Part shown: piece by piece, positions 1 through 9,009 of the stretch
Layout: each line of letters begins with the position of its first letter
How positions within the stretch are numbered: position 1 is the stretch's first letter
IMG/VR virus record: IMGVR_UViG_3300014204_000113
Span: 123,989-187,988 of that record
Direction: 5' to 3' (one strand)
Source of the DNA: a virus
Lineage: Duplodnaviria; Caudoviricetes
Length of the DNA: 64,000 nucleotides
Translations under genes and position numbers: made by a program
Notes under the pieces: model-generated
The model's database searches: none
Told to the model about the DNA's origin: nothing
What the model saw: only the letters and a program-made list of their open reading frames with translations

Positions 1-1284
1 CTTCTTGCATCGTTTCTCACAAGACAAAACATTCCTTCTAGAATTATAGACTTGGAAGTCCAAAGCATTGATTCTTTGAATCACATGTTAATAGACAACA
101 AACCAAAATTTACAGTAATTTGTGTCAGCGGGCATAATCCAAACGCGAGTATCATGAGCATGGCTGGTTTAGATGATTTATGCAAAAATATAAAAGATGT
201 TTGTGCAACTACTAAAATCATTCTTCATGGTTTATATCCCTCTTCTTGTCCAACAAAAGTTTTAGAAAAACATAAATTGGTAGATGAAATTCTAATGAAG
301 GAGGGTTTTTTAAGTCTAGGTCATTTGATGGGCTACAAAAGAACAGAACCTATATCAATAAATGATATAGGAAAAATTAATTGGTCTTTAATAGACATAG
401 CTAAATACCGCGCTCATAATTGGCATCTGTTTGGAAACATTCACAATAGGTCTCCATATGGAATTGCTTTCACTTCTTTTGGTTGTCCTCACAATTGCGA
501 TTTTTGTTGTGTAAATTTAATGTATAGTAAAGTACAATTAAGAGATATAGATTTGGTATTCCAAGACATTAAAAATCTATATGATAGAGGCGTAAAAAAT
601 TTTAAATTTATGGACGAGTTGTTTTTAATGCACAAGGGTAGGGTACAACAATTATGCTCAATGTTAATTGCTAATAAAATGCAAGACATCAATGGTTGGG
701 CTTACGCTAGAACAGATTCTATAGATGAAGATATAATTACACTAATGAAAAATGCTGGAGTGAAATGGCTAGGGCTGGGTTATGAGAGTGGTTCGCAATT
801 AATATTAGATTCTTCTGATAAAAAACAAAGTTTAAAAAAAGCATATCAAGCTACAGAAATATGCAAAAAGGTTGGGATGAATATTTGTGGTAATTTCGTA
901 TTTGGGTTGGCAGATGATAATTATGAAACCATGGAAGCCACTTCTAAATTAGCTATTGACTTACAACCAGAATGGGCTAATTATAATGTGGTTTTTGCTT
1001 TTCCTAGGACGAAGTTATATGATAAGGTGAAAAATGAGCCTTGGTTTAATGAACCAACTGAGTATGAGCAGTATTCTCAACATGGCTATTCCTGCACACC
1101 AATGGGAACAAAATATCTTAGCCCAAAAGAAGTCTTGGAATTTAAGGATGAAGCATTCAGAGAATTTTACCAGAACGAGAATTATCTGAGGATGTTAGAG
1201 GTAAAATTTGGGGTTGAAACCAGAGAATATGTAGCAAATTCACTAATTTACTATCCAAAAAGAAAACTTTATGATTTGACCTAA
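1..1284 (+). CDS. B12-binding-type radical SAM protein (5' partial)
   Basis: CPHNCDFC (CxxxCxxC), FMDELF, GYESGSQ, FVFGL motifs; frame open from position 1. Confidence 0.85.
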   Translation, partial: LLASFLTRQNIPSRIIDLEVQSIDSLNHMLIDNKPKFTVICVSGHNPNASIMSMAGLDDLCKNIKDVCATTKIILHGLYPSSCPTKVLEKHKLVDEILMKEGFLSLGHLMGYKRTEPISINDIGKINWSLIDIAKYRAHNWHLFGNIHNRSPYGIAFTSFGCPHNCDFCCVNLMYSKVQLRDIDLVFQDIKNLYDRGVKNFKFMDELFLMHKGRVQQLCSMLIANKMQDINGWAYARTDSIDEDIITLMKNAGVKWLGLGYESGSQLILDSSDKKQSLKKAYQATEICKKVGMNICGNFVFGLADDNYETMEATSKLAIDLQPEWANYNVVFAFPRTKLYDKVKNEPWFNEPTEYEQYSQHGYSCTPMGTKYLSPKEVLEFKDEAFREFYQNENYLRMLEVKFGVETREYVANSLIYYPKRKLYDLT

Positions 1285-1338
1285 AAGGACTTGCTGGCCA
1301 AGAAATTTTGAAGTATAATCTTAATAAGGAGAAGAAAT

Positions 1339-1545
1339 TTGACAGAAAAATTAATTTCAATGAAGGGTGGTAACAAACCTTCAATAACAAGAGAAACAAT
1401 AAGATTAATGAAAGAGGAATTACCATACATCCTTGAATATTTTCCTATTTATGCTGAAATGACAAAAGCTAAATTTGAGGCTTTAAAAGAGAAAGGGTTT
1501 ACTGAAATTCAGGCATTAGAATTGTGCAAGGGTTTTATGTTATAA
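1339..1545 (+). CDS. hypothetical protein
   Basis: AAGGAG SD before TTG; fits + strand gene run. Confidence 0.65.
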   Translation: MTEKLISMKGGNKPSITRETIRLMKEELPYILEYFPIYAEMTKAKFEALKEKGFTEIQALELCKGFML

Positions 1546-1554
1546 GGAGAAATT

Positions 1555-1737
1555 ATGGGTGATTATGCTTTGCCTTCTATTTATGAAAGATGCGGCTGGA
1601 AAAAAGACGAGGTTTATCTTCATTCCTTGCTTGAAAGATGTGCAGAAGGACTTGCAGCAGCAACTCAATATGGCGCAGGTAATTGGTCTGAACTAATTAA
1701 AGAAATTTATAGGGTGATAAATGTCCAAGAAGACTAA
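1555..1737 (+). CDS. hypothetical protein
   Basis: AAGGAG SD, tightly packed. Confidence 0.55.
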   Translation: MGDYALPSIYERCGWKKDEVYLHSLLERCAEGLAAATQYGAGNWSELIKEIYRVINVQED

Positions 1738-2422
1738 ATCCAAGAAACCTAAAGGTATCTCTCCAGAAGAATTCTTAAAAAACCTTAACACTCTAGATTT
1801 GTTGGATGGGAATTTTTCTGATAATGATGCCTTAGCTCTTATGAAATTAGCTAAAGAATCAATCAAAGATAAAAGTGGACCTTTTAATTTTTTAGAAATT
1901 GGAACATGGAAGGGGAAATCACTTATTTGTCTCTCTGTTATAATAAGTAAATTCCCAGAAAGTAAAATTTTTGCTATAGACCATTTTAAAGGTACATTTG
2001 GAACAAACGAAGAACAACTTGCTAAAACTAATGACATATTGACAACTTGTAAAAATAATTTAAAAATAGTAAATGCTAGTGATATTGTTTGTCTATTAAA
2101 TATGAATTACTTTGATGCAATCAAAATATTAAAGCAAAAATTTTTTGACTTTATATATATTGATATGGACAATAGTTATCAAGTAATGAAAAGTGTTTTG
2201 TGTGATTCTAGAAATTTAATTAAAAGTGGAGGAATGATATGTGGAAGAAATTTAATTGCAGATTATCTAGATGTAAAAGAAATTATAGACTCTAATCTTA
2301 ATAAAGAATATTTAGAAGAATCAAAAATGCATCCTGGAATTATACGATCTGTCTATGATGTTTTTGCAAATAAATATCAAAAAATGGATAATAGTTCTTT
2401 TTGGTATTGGATTAATAATTAA
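1721..2422 (+). CDS. class I SAM-dependent methyltransferase (Methyltransf_24-like)
   Basis: LEIGTWKGKS, AIDHF, FDFIYID, KSGG motifs. Confidence 0.8.
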   Translation: MSKKTKSKKPKGISPEEFLKNLNTLDLLDGNFSDNDALALMKLAKESIKDKSGPFNFLEIGTWKGKSLICLSVIISKFPESKIFAIDHFKGTFGTNEEQLAKTNDILTTCKNNLKIVNASDIVCLLNMNYFDAIKILKQKFFDFIYIDMDNSYQVMKSVLCDSRNLIKSGGMICGRNLIADYLDVKEIIDSNLNKEYLEESKMHPGIIRSVYDVFANKYQKMDNSSFWYWINN

Positions 2423-2434
2423 TAATATTTGGTA

Positions 2435-2560
2435 ATATCCAACTGGATATTGTGTTGTAATGTTCTGTGTTGTGTGGCGCTGTAGTGTAATGTTAAGTCC
2501 TGTAGTGTGGCGTAGTGTGTTGTTATGTGTTCTATTCTAAGGGGATTCTGTATTGAATCC
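2435..2560 (+). ncRNA. 5-nt-period TGT-NN array (18 units, 2451-2540) flanked by hairpins; putative guide RNA
   Basis: 13 TGT units plus GGC, AGT, CGT and two TCT; hairpins ATATCC/GGATAT (2435-2450) and GGATTC/GAATCC (2543-2560); intergenic, directly upstream of RAMP-like gene. Confidence 0.7.
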
Positions 2561-2586
2561 AAAATAAATTTAAGGAGAATTAAATA

Positions 2587-3153
2587 ATGAAAATTAAAGT
2601 TACAATTCAAGGAACAGTTCCAATTTTATTTAATCGTTTTGCAGAAGAGAATGAAGTTAAAGTTGCTTCTGGAATTAATCCAGTTCAAGGAGGACAAAGA
2701 GGAACGCCTAGAGAACAAGCAGAAAAGAAACTATATCAAGACGTGGATGGGAATTTGTTTCTTCCAAGTCCTATGTTATTTTCTTGTTTAGTAGATGCTG
2801 GTAAATTCCATAAAGTGGGAAGAAATAAAGTTACGACTCAGAAGACTTCTTTAGTTCCTGCCGGTATATCTGTTGAAGAATTAATCATTCCGTTTAATAC
2901 TAAAGATTGGGAAATTGATTCTAGAAGCGTTGTGATACCATCTACTGGTGGTAGAATCATGTGTCACAGACCCCGGCTTGATGAGTGGCAATTAACTTTC
3001 ACTTTGGATGTTGATACAACAATGTTTGATCCTAAGTTTGTTAGGACTCTTATGGATGATGCAGGCAAGAAATGTGGCTTGGGTGATTATAGACCTAATC
3101 GTAAAGGGCCATTTGGTAAATTTGTTGTGATTAATTGGGAAGAAGAAAAATAA
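2587..3153 (+). CDS. stand-alone RAMP/Cas7-like protein (putative Vipr-type RNA-guided effector)
   Basis: N-terminal strand KVTIQGTVPIL, LFLPSPML..CLVDAG, RPR..W.LTF, C-terminal G-rich loop GLGDYRPNRKGPFGKF; AAGGAG SD; adjacent 5-nt arrays. Confidence 0.7.
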   Translation: MKIKVTIQGTVPILFNRFAEENEVKVASGINPVQGGQRGTPREQAEKKLYQDVDGNLFLPSPMLFSCLVDAGKFHKVGRNKVTTQKTSLVPAGISVEELIIPFNTKDWEIDSRSVVIPSTGGRIMCHRPRLDEWQLTFTLDVDTTMFDPKFVRTLMDDAGKKCGLGDYRPNRKGPFGKFVVINWEEEK

Positions 3154-3181
3154 TAAAAAATAAGATCAAGGATGGAGAATT

Positions 3182-3487
3182 ATGAAATTTGAATTAATGA
3201 AAGAATTAAACGAATTAATTCTTTCTATTGACAACCCGGTTGAAACAGCAACAGATTGGCTTTTTGATTATCAAACCTATAGTTATAATTATATAAGCGC
3301 AGAAACAAAAAATAGAGTTGATAAACAAGAAGAATGGTTAAATTTACATCAACAACCTATTCTTTTAGGCGAGGAAATACAAACTGAAGAAGAAACGCTT
3401 GAGGAAATACTTGATGAACTTGAATCTTGGCTTCCTGCTCTTCAATCTGCTATTTGGGCAGTAAAAGAACTAAAGAAGGAATATTGA
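3182..3487 (+). CDS. hypothetical acidic protein
   Basis: GGAG SD, ORF track. Confidence 0.65.
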   Translation: MKFELMKELNELILSIDNPVETATDWLFDYQTYSYNYISAETKNRVDKQEEWLNLHQQPILLGEEIQTEEETLEEILDELESWLPALQSAIWAVKELKKEY

Positions 3488-3497
3488 GGGTAAATAG

Positions 3498-4054
3498 ATG
3501 ACAGTATGGTTCAGTGGAGACCAGCATCTTTCGCATGACTCTAAACATGGAGGAATAATCCAATATTGTAATCGTCCATTTGTAAGTTTGAAAGAAATGA
3601 ATTCAGTAATTATTGATAGAATGTTAGAAAAAGTTCATAAAGGAGATACATTATATTCTTTAGGCGATTTAACTTTCAAAAAAGATGTTGCTTTAAAGTT
3701 TGTTGAAATAATTAAAAAAAATAACATCAATTTAATTTATATAAGAGGGAATCACGATAAAAATATCCTTCCTATTTTGAACACAGAAGGAATAAAAGTA
3801 TATGATTTATTAACAATAAATATTGCAAAACAACCTATAGTTTTGTGCCACTATGCGATGAGGACTTGGGACAATGGAGTTGCCATAACTCTTGGCAACT
3901 CCATTGTCACAGTCACCACACACTATCTCCGCAAGGTAAACAACTAGATTGTGGGGTGGATGGATTTGATTTTTATCCAGTTTCTTATGATACGGTAAGA
4001 AACATTATGAAGACAAGACCTGATAATTTTAATTTAACGAAAGGTAGAATTTAA
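3498..4054 (+). pseudogene. calcineurin-like metallophosphoesterase, frameshifted near 3870-3878
   Basis: GDQH, LGD, GNHD, LCHYAMRTW in one frame; SWQLHCHSH and DCGVD in another frame ending 4054. Confidence 0.75.
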
Positions 4055-4166
4055 AATTCCTACTAGAAACTACCTCTCAGAAGGTTATTTTCACGCCTGA
4101 AAATGCGTAGATATCACCCAGAATGAACGATAATTTAAAAGAGGTAGTTTGATAGGTAATTTTAAA
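4050..4166. other. long interrupted inverted repeat / structured RNA candidate
   Basis: TTTAAAATT-CCTA-AAACTACCTCT pairs with AGAGGTAGTTT-TAGG-AATTTTAAA; inner ATTTTCA/TGAAAAT hairpin. Confidence 0.55.
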
Positions 4167-4201
4167 AAACGACCAGTTTTGAGGCTAATAATGATGATTG
4201 T

Positions 4202-4303
4202 GGTCTGGTTAGGTTAGGTGAGGTGAGGTCAGGCTGGGTGGGGTGCGGTAAGGTGTGGTATGGTAGGGCGAGGGAACTGACTCATTTACAGATGAGTCAG
4301 TTC
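4202..4303 (+). ncRNA. GGY-NN array (14 units) with 12-bp 3' hairpin; putative guide RNA
   Basis: 14 consecutive GGT/GGC trinucleotides at exact 5-nt spacing (4202-4271); GAACTGACTCAT/ATGAGTCAGTTC stem 4274-4303 followed by ATTTT. Confidence 0.8.
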
Positions 4304-4345
4304 ATTTTAAACTAAGAATCTTACGGATGTTAATAAGGAGGATTG

Positions 4346-4789
4346 ATGGACTTTCTTGTTCTCTCAAGGCAACAATCTGAATTGATTGACCCAACTAAAA
4401 GCCATATTATCATATCAATTACAGACCCATTTGATGTTCCTGCCAATTTATTTCCGAATGATAATTGCAAAGGAATATTGCAATTATCATTCCATGACAT
4501 TGATTCAGAAGTTATAGCAGACAAACATAAATTGGAATTGTTTACGAGAGAACAAGCAAGAAAAATTCTTGATTTTGTTGATGAAAATATAAACAATATC
4601 GAATTGATTATCGTAGCGTGTGAGGCTGGTATCAGTAGATCATCATCTGTTGCCGCTTTTTTAAGTGAGATATATAATGGACATGATTCTGGTTTCTTTA
4701 GAACTCATATTCCAAATAGGTTTGTTTTTAAACAATTGATGTATGAACATGAGAATATAAATATAGAGGACATGTTTTTAAACAATTGA
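4346..4789 (+). CDS. protein tyrosine/dual-specificity phosphatase-like protein
   Basis: IISITDP, FHD, CEAGISRS (CX5R) motif. Confidence 0.8.
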   Translation: MDFLVLSRQQSELIDPTKSHIIISITDPFDVPANLFPNDNCKGILQLSFHDIDSEVIADKHKLELFTREQARKILDFVDENINNIELIIVACEAGISRSSSVAAFLSEIYNGHDSGFFRTHIPNRFVFKQLMYEHENINIEDMFLNN

Positions 4790-4827
4790 TGTATGAACAT
4801 GAGAATATAAATATAGAGGACATGTTT
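4723..4827. repeat. perfect 50-bp tandem duplication
   Basis: 4723-4772 equals 4773-4822, with TGTTT microhomology. Confidence 0.95.
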
Positions 4828-4855
4828 GTATAAAATCAACTGAATAAAGGAGGAG

Positions 4856-5020
4856 ATGATGATTAATTGTTTATGTGATAAGATTAATTCATTTATAAGA
4901 TTTATTATATTTATTCTAACCTTATTTCTACTTGCTTTTGGAGGATTATTTGTTTTAATTGGACAAGGAATCTTATTTGTCGCTGAAAAAACAATTGTTT
5001 GTTCATTAAAGGAGAAGTAG
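4856..5020 (+). CDS. small membrane protein
   Basis: AGGAGG SD, 54 codons with hydrophobic core (read by hand). Confidence 0.5.
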   Translation: MMINCLCDKINSFIRFIIFILTLFLLAFGGLFVLIGQGILFVAEKTIVCSLKEK

Positions 5021-5023
5021 TTA

Positions 5024-5206
5024 ATGGCTTTGAAATTAACAATTTATAGAGAATTCATCTTAGACGATTTATGGGGAACCAAAGAAGAATTTGACGAACT
5101 AGGTGAAAATACATTTCTAGATATGATTGCTGATGCAGACCCATTAAGTATCATTGAAGAGGCGGGTGGCTTTAGAGAAATATTTAGAAAATTAGAATGG
5201 ATTTGA
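5024..5206 (+). CDS. hypothetical protein
   Basis: AAGGAG SD; last + strand gene before convergence. Confidence 0.6.
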   Translation: MALKLTIYREFILDDLWGTKEEFDELGENTFLDMIADADPLSIIEEAGGFREIFRKLEWI

Positions 5207-5565
5207 AAATAATAGTTATTGTATATCTTTCTACTATTGTTGTGGAGGCTGGAACTGCTGGAGTTAAGTTGTTTCCCCAAATACTACGGACATACCCGAC
5301 TCTCAACGCCCCGGACACCCTCATCTTTTGTGACTGTCGTGGTCTTCCGTAACACCGTAGACGCTATGGCCTCTCCGGTTTGCTTCCAAGCGGTTGCGGC
5401 AGAGTTCACCTCATAAGAAGCAGACGTGGCTACCGTCCAGGCCCGACAAAATGGATAACCCAGTCTGGCATATTGATTTCCCTCCCTTCACTGCGTGGCT
5501 GTTTGTTAACCCAAACTACTGAATCCACATATTAATCTGCGCATCATCAATCCAGGTTATCCTAT

Positions 5566-6012
5566 TCATGCCAATTCTACTCTCCCCAGGAGAACTTCAA
5601 GTTTTACCTTGGGATCGGACAAGTCATTGGGAGTGAAATCAATCACCGGAGTTTTCCCAGCTATGATCTCCGCTTTGAGGGTGTAATACTGTCCCAGGAC
5701 GCTTTGTACCCAAACCCAAGCCGCTTCGATTGCCGCTTTGAGTTCCGGGGTTGCAGAAGGGCCAACATAGAGGGCCGTGAAGCTTTGCTGTGTGCTCTGG
5801 GCATAGTGCGAATAGATATAGCTGTGCAGTGCTGTTTCCAACGCTGCCAGCCGAGAGTCAATCAATTCTTGTGCCAGCAACGCCGCCCTCTCAGGGAACG
5901 CCGCAAGCTTTTCATCTTCGGTAAGTTCACGGTCAAACACAACCTCCCAGGGTTGTTCCATGCCGAGGTCGATTGATCGCACACTATTGCCATTGTCTGA
6001 ATACGCAAACAT
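5566..6012 (-). CDS. tail fibre assembly/chaperone-like protein
   Basis: directly after tail fibre gene, GGAG SD; assignment by position. Confidence 0.55.
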   Translation of the reverse strand: MFAYSDNGNSVRSIDLGMEQPWEVVFDRELTEDEKLAAFPERAALLAQELIDSRLAALETALHSYIYSHYAQSTQQSFTALYVGPSATPELKAAIEAAWVWVQSVLGQYYTLKAEIIAGKTPVIDFTPNDLSDPKVKLEVLLGRVELA

Positions 6013-6022
6013 TGTTGATCTC

Positions 6023-7759
6023 CTAAAGGTTATCTATCCAGCCATAACAAAACAAGTGAGCGTTAGCATTGTTGGATGCATAATAGATGTTAGTACTTTC
6101 AAGCATCAAAGCAGCCACGCCACCCAAAGCTACGGAAATTGAATATAATAATGGACTATTGGTGTAATTGCCCCAACCTCCATAGGAATTATTAGGAGCC
6201 ACTATAATTTGCACATCTGACAGTGCATAGTTTATGATAATTTGGGCGGCAGTCGGAGGTACAAAGTTACCAACTGCAACAGCTACCCAAGTTGGTGTAC
6301 TAATATTTCCTTGTACCCCACTTGCCATCGTGGGCAATCCAGTGCCGGTATTGATATACTGGACCGACTTATCTTTTTGAATAGTTCGCAGCAAATTGGC
6401 GCTTGCATCTGCCCGCACCCACCCTAACCGGGCAGCATAAGTATAGCCATCTGGCAACGTCGGGGCCGTGGCAGAGAGGGAAAGCAGCCCAGCCAGATCA
6501 TCCGTGGTGGGGTTATAGGCCGCATGGACGGCATACCAAGTGCTAACTGCAACCGTCCCCGTATCAAGACCACCCGCCCCGGAAACTGCGGTATCTATGT
6601 CAATATCAACTGTCCGCACCGTCTTGTATTTGTTGTCAGGGTCCTCAAGTACCACTTCGTCGGCAGTGACAGTAATCTCCGTGTTAGATGTAACCTGTAT
6701 TTGGAGGTTGCTTGCCTGGCCCTTAATGCCGACTTTGCTGGGCTCAAGTGATTCAATACTTACCCCACTATCACCTTTCCATTCACCATATTTAATATAG
6801 ACCAAAGACCCATAGACAATAGTTCCTGCCCCATCAAATATCTGATATGGACCAGCGTCCAGGGTCCCATTAATTGTCAGGGTTTTTCCGACAGCTATCG
6901 TCAGGACATTACCGGGCGGGATGACCAAATTAGTGGCGACATTGATGGCCATGTCATCAGAGATCGTTGCTGTTTCGGTTATTTCCAGCCGGGTATCTAC
7001 CGACCCAATACAGGCTATGGCCGTCGCCAGGTCCGCAAACCAACCGGAATACACAGTAGACCCGGCGGCAAAAACTACCTTCCCCGTGCCGGTGCAGGAG
7101 AAGATTTGATAGAGGCCGGCGTCGAGGGAGCCGTTGATAGTAAGAGTTTTGGTAGTAGCTACGGCAAACGGTACCCCCGGCTGAACCGTAACCATCGGGG
7201 CTGCCAGGGTCACATCGTCGTCAATCGTGTAGGCGTAGGTGATGCGCAGTTCTTTGTCCGCCGCAGCCGCCACCGCATCCGCAGTTTCCAGGGCGGCTCG
7301 GTCGGTGCCGTAATCCCGGGCCACCACGTAGCCCGGGCCATTGGGCCACAGGCCGTCTCGGGTGGCAACTACATAGACTCGGGTGATTGGATCCGTAAGA
7401 ACAGTGTCCGACAAATTAACTGTGGTGGTAGGCGCAGCGTAAGAAGATGAGGCCACAGTGGAATAGGCCATCCCAGCGGCCACCTGGACCTGCACCACAG
7501 CACCAGCGGCGAATCTGGAAGTGTAGTCGCCGGGCAAGGTAAAAGTGTCAGCGTCAGAATAGGTGCAGGTGACTGGGATCATGGTCACGATCTGATCTTC
7601 AATAGCCCAATTGTTAATTAAATCTGGTAAAGGAACAAGAGTCTGTAAAAAAGCATCTGTGGCATCCAGGGCAGCATTATATGCATTATAAGCAGTAGGA
7701 CCACTTTCTCGATAAGGAGGCTTTGGAAAAAAATTATTGGGAGTATATTCCATAGTCAT
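6023..7759 (-). CDS. tail fibre / receptor-binding protein
   Basis: Thr/Ala/Gly-rich; repeated KTLTINGxLDAGxYQIF motif; GAGGLDTG..ST WY and SATAPTLPDGY..ARLGW motifs. Confidence 0.75.
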   Translation of the reverse strand: MTMEYTPNNFFPKPPYRESGPTAYNAYNAALDATDAFLQTLVPLPDLINNWAIEDQIVTMIPVTCTYSDADTFTLPGDYTSRFAAGAVVQVQVAAGMAYSTVASSSYAAPTTTVNLSDTVLTDPITRVYVVATRDGLWPNGPGYVVARDYGTDRAALETADAVAAAADKELRITYAYTIDDDVTLAAPMVTVQPGVPFAVATTKTLTINGSLDAGLYQIFSCTGTGKVVFAAGSTVYSGWFADLATAIACIGSVDTRLEITETATISDDMAINVATNLVIPPGNVLTIAVGKTLTINGTLDAGPYQIFDGAGTIVYGSLVYIKYGEWKGDSGVSIESLEPSKVGIKGQASNLQIQVTSNTEITVTADEVVLEDPDNKYKTVRTVDIDIDTAVSGAGGLDTGTVAVSTWYAVHAAYNPTTDDLAGLLSLSATAPTLPDGYTYAARLGWVRADASANLLRTIQKDKSVQYINTGTGLPTMASGVQGNISTPTWVAVAVGNFVPPTAAQIIINYALSDVQIIVAPNNSYGGWGNYTNSPLLYSISVALGGVAALMLESTNIYYASNNANAHLFCYGWIDNL

Positions 7760-7773
7760 TTATTTATCCACCC

Positions 7774-9009
7774 TTAACTTGGAAGTCGATATGCAACCCG
7801 ATAGCAATTGTTTGCATAAATATAATATTTACAGTTCAATATGCCTATATCAACTGTGCCCCAAGCTGAATCCCCAGTTACTGAAGTGCCAGAGTCTACG
7901 GTTTTGTTGGTAAGTAATGGATGGCCCGCTACGGCCCGTTCACCACTAAGCCACATTGTAAGTCTGGCTTCAGTCGCCATTGGGCAGGCAATACGAATAT
8001 CTTCCACAACGACAGAGCCAACAGAAATTTCATGGTTTCCGGTGCCCAAATTCCATTGGATTAAATCTCCGCACTGAATAAACCCGTCTATATTACTTGA
8101 TGCATTGTTCAATATATTGCCGATCCATCTGAAATTCGTGGCTGGCAAAACGATAAACCAGTCCCCTTGGGTCATGGTCAAAGCAGTACCGGAATATTCA
8201 ATGGTGCCTCCAGTGGCATCATTATTGTTATTGTGAATGATGGGGCGCATTAGCCCCTTACTGGCACCAGATAAGACATAGATCATGGCCCCAATAAGCT
8301 CATCTGTGGTAAACCCATAACCGATGTTTGCGGCGTTCAAATTATTACGAAGCGTGATAACCTGGGAAGCCTGGGAACTGAACCGCATGAAAGGCATGGC
8401 CTTAAGTTCAAAATCGGTGTCGGTGTCTCCGGCCAGTGCAAAAATGGCATACCATTGCGAGGCCTTCTCCGTTTGGGTGGTCCCGTACAGCCCGCCAGCC
8501 CCAAAAATGCAGGAGACATTAGCCGTAATCGTTCTGACTTTTCCGTCGCTAAGTCCGCCGTCCGCCTGGCACACGGGGTTCATAATATTCGGCATCCCGG
8601 TCAAAGCTGTTTCGGCAGGGCAATCGGCGGTGGCTTCAACCCGTATCGTCCCGGCGTCTACCCACACCAGGGGCGGCTTCAGACGTACTGAGGGCTGGCT
8701 TTGGATTTGATTTTCCAGTGCCAGAAAATCAGCTTTGGTTATTGGTTGCCGCCCGAAATCCACCGTCTCGGTGCCTGCAAAAGTCTCAGCAACGTAGGTG
8801 GCCGTGATAACAATTTCGTTAGTGGTTTTTGAGTTAATTGCATAAGCACCATCGTAATTGGTAGTCCCCGCAATGACCACCACTTGCTCTGCCAAAAACG
8901 CATGGCCAGTAATAGGTAGTCCGACTTCTCCGCCACCCTTGTCTACGGCTGCGGCATTATCTATAGTATCAGATACCGCAGGTTGCCACTTTGGATTAGG
9001 AAAGGTCAT
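7774..9009 (-). CDS. tail / tail fibre-associated protein
   Basis: beta-rich, WYAIFA motif, tail-module position. Confidence 0.6.
   Translation of the reverse strand: MTFPNPKWQPAVSDTIDNAAAVDKGGGEVGLPITGHAFLAEQVVVIAGTTNYDGAYAINSKTTNEIVITATYVAETFAGTETVDFGRQPITKADFLALENQIQSQPSVRLKPPLVWVDAGTIRVEATADCPAETALTGMPNIMNPVCQADGGLSDGKVRTITANVSCIFGAGGLYGTTQTEKASQWYAIFALAGDTDTDFELKAMPFMRFSSQASQVITLRNNLNAANIGYGFTTDELIGAMIYVLSGASKGLMRPIIHNNNNDATGGTIEYSGTALTMTQGDWFIVLPATNFRWIGNILNNASSNIDGFIQCGDLIQWNLGTGNHEISVGSVVVEDIRIACPMATEARLTMWLSGERAVAGHPLLTNKTVDSGTSVTGDSAWGTVDIGILNCKYYIYANNCYRVAYRLPS

Noticed and set aside
2419-2610. ORF-track ORFs 2419-2610 (-) and 43472-43762 (+)
   Set aside because: Antisense translations of the 5-nt arrays giving low-complexity His/Thr/Pro peptides against local gene direction.
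4202-4271. Array read as CRISPR, telomere-like repeat, microsatellite or just a G-quadruplex
   Set aside because: No 20-40 nt repeats with spacers; NN varies in nearly every unit while spacing is exact; the TGT-based sister array cannot form a quadruplex.
2451-4271. In-window gapped targets for the 2451 and 4202 arrays
   Set aside because: Only weak partial matches found by eye; an exhaustive computed search is still needed.
5219-5560. Gene or ncRNA in the GC-richer convergence gap
   Set aside because: Best SD leads to only 13 codons; no convincing product or structure.
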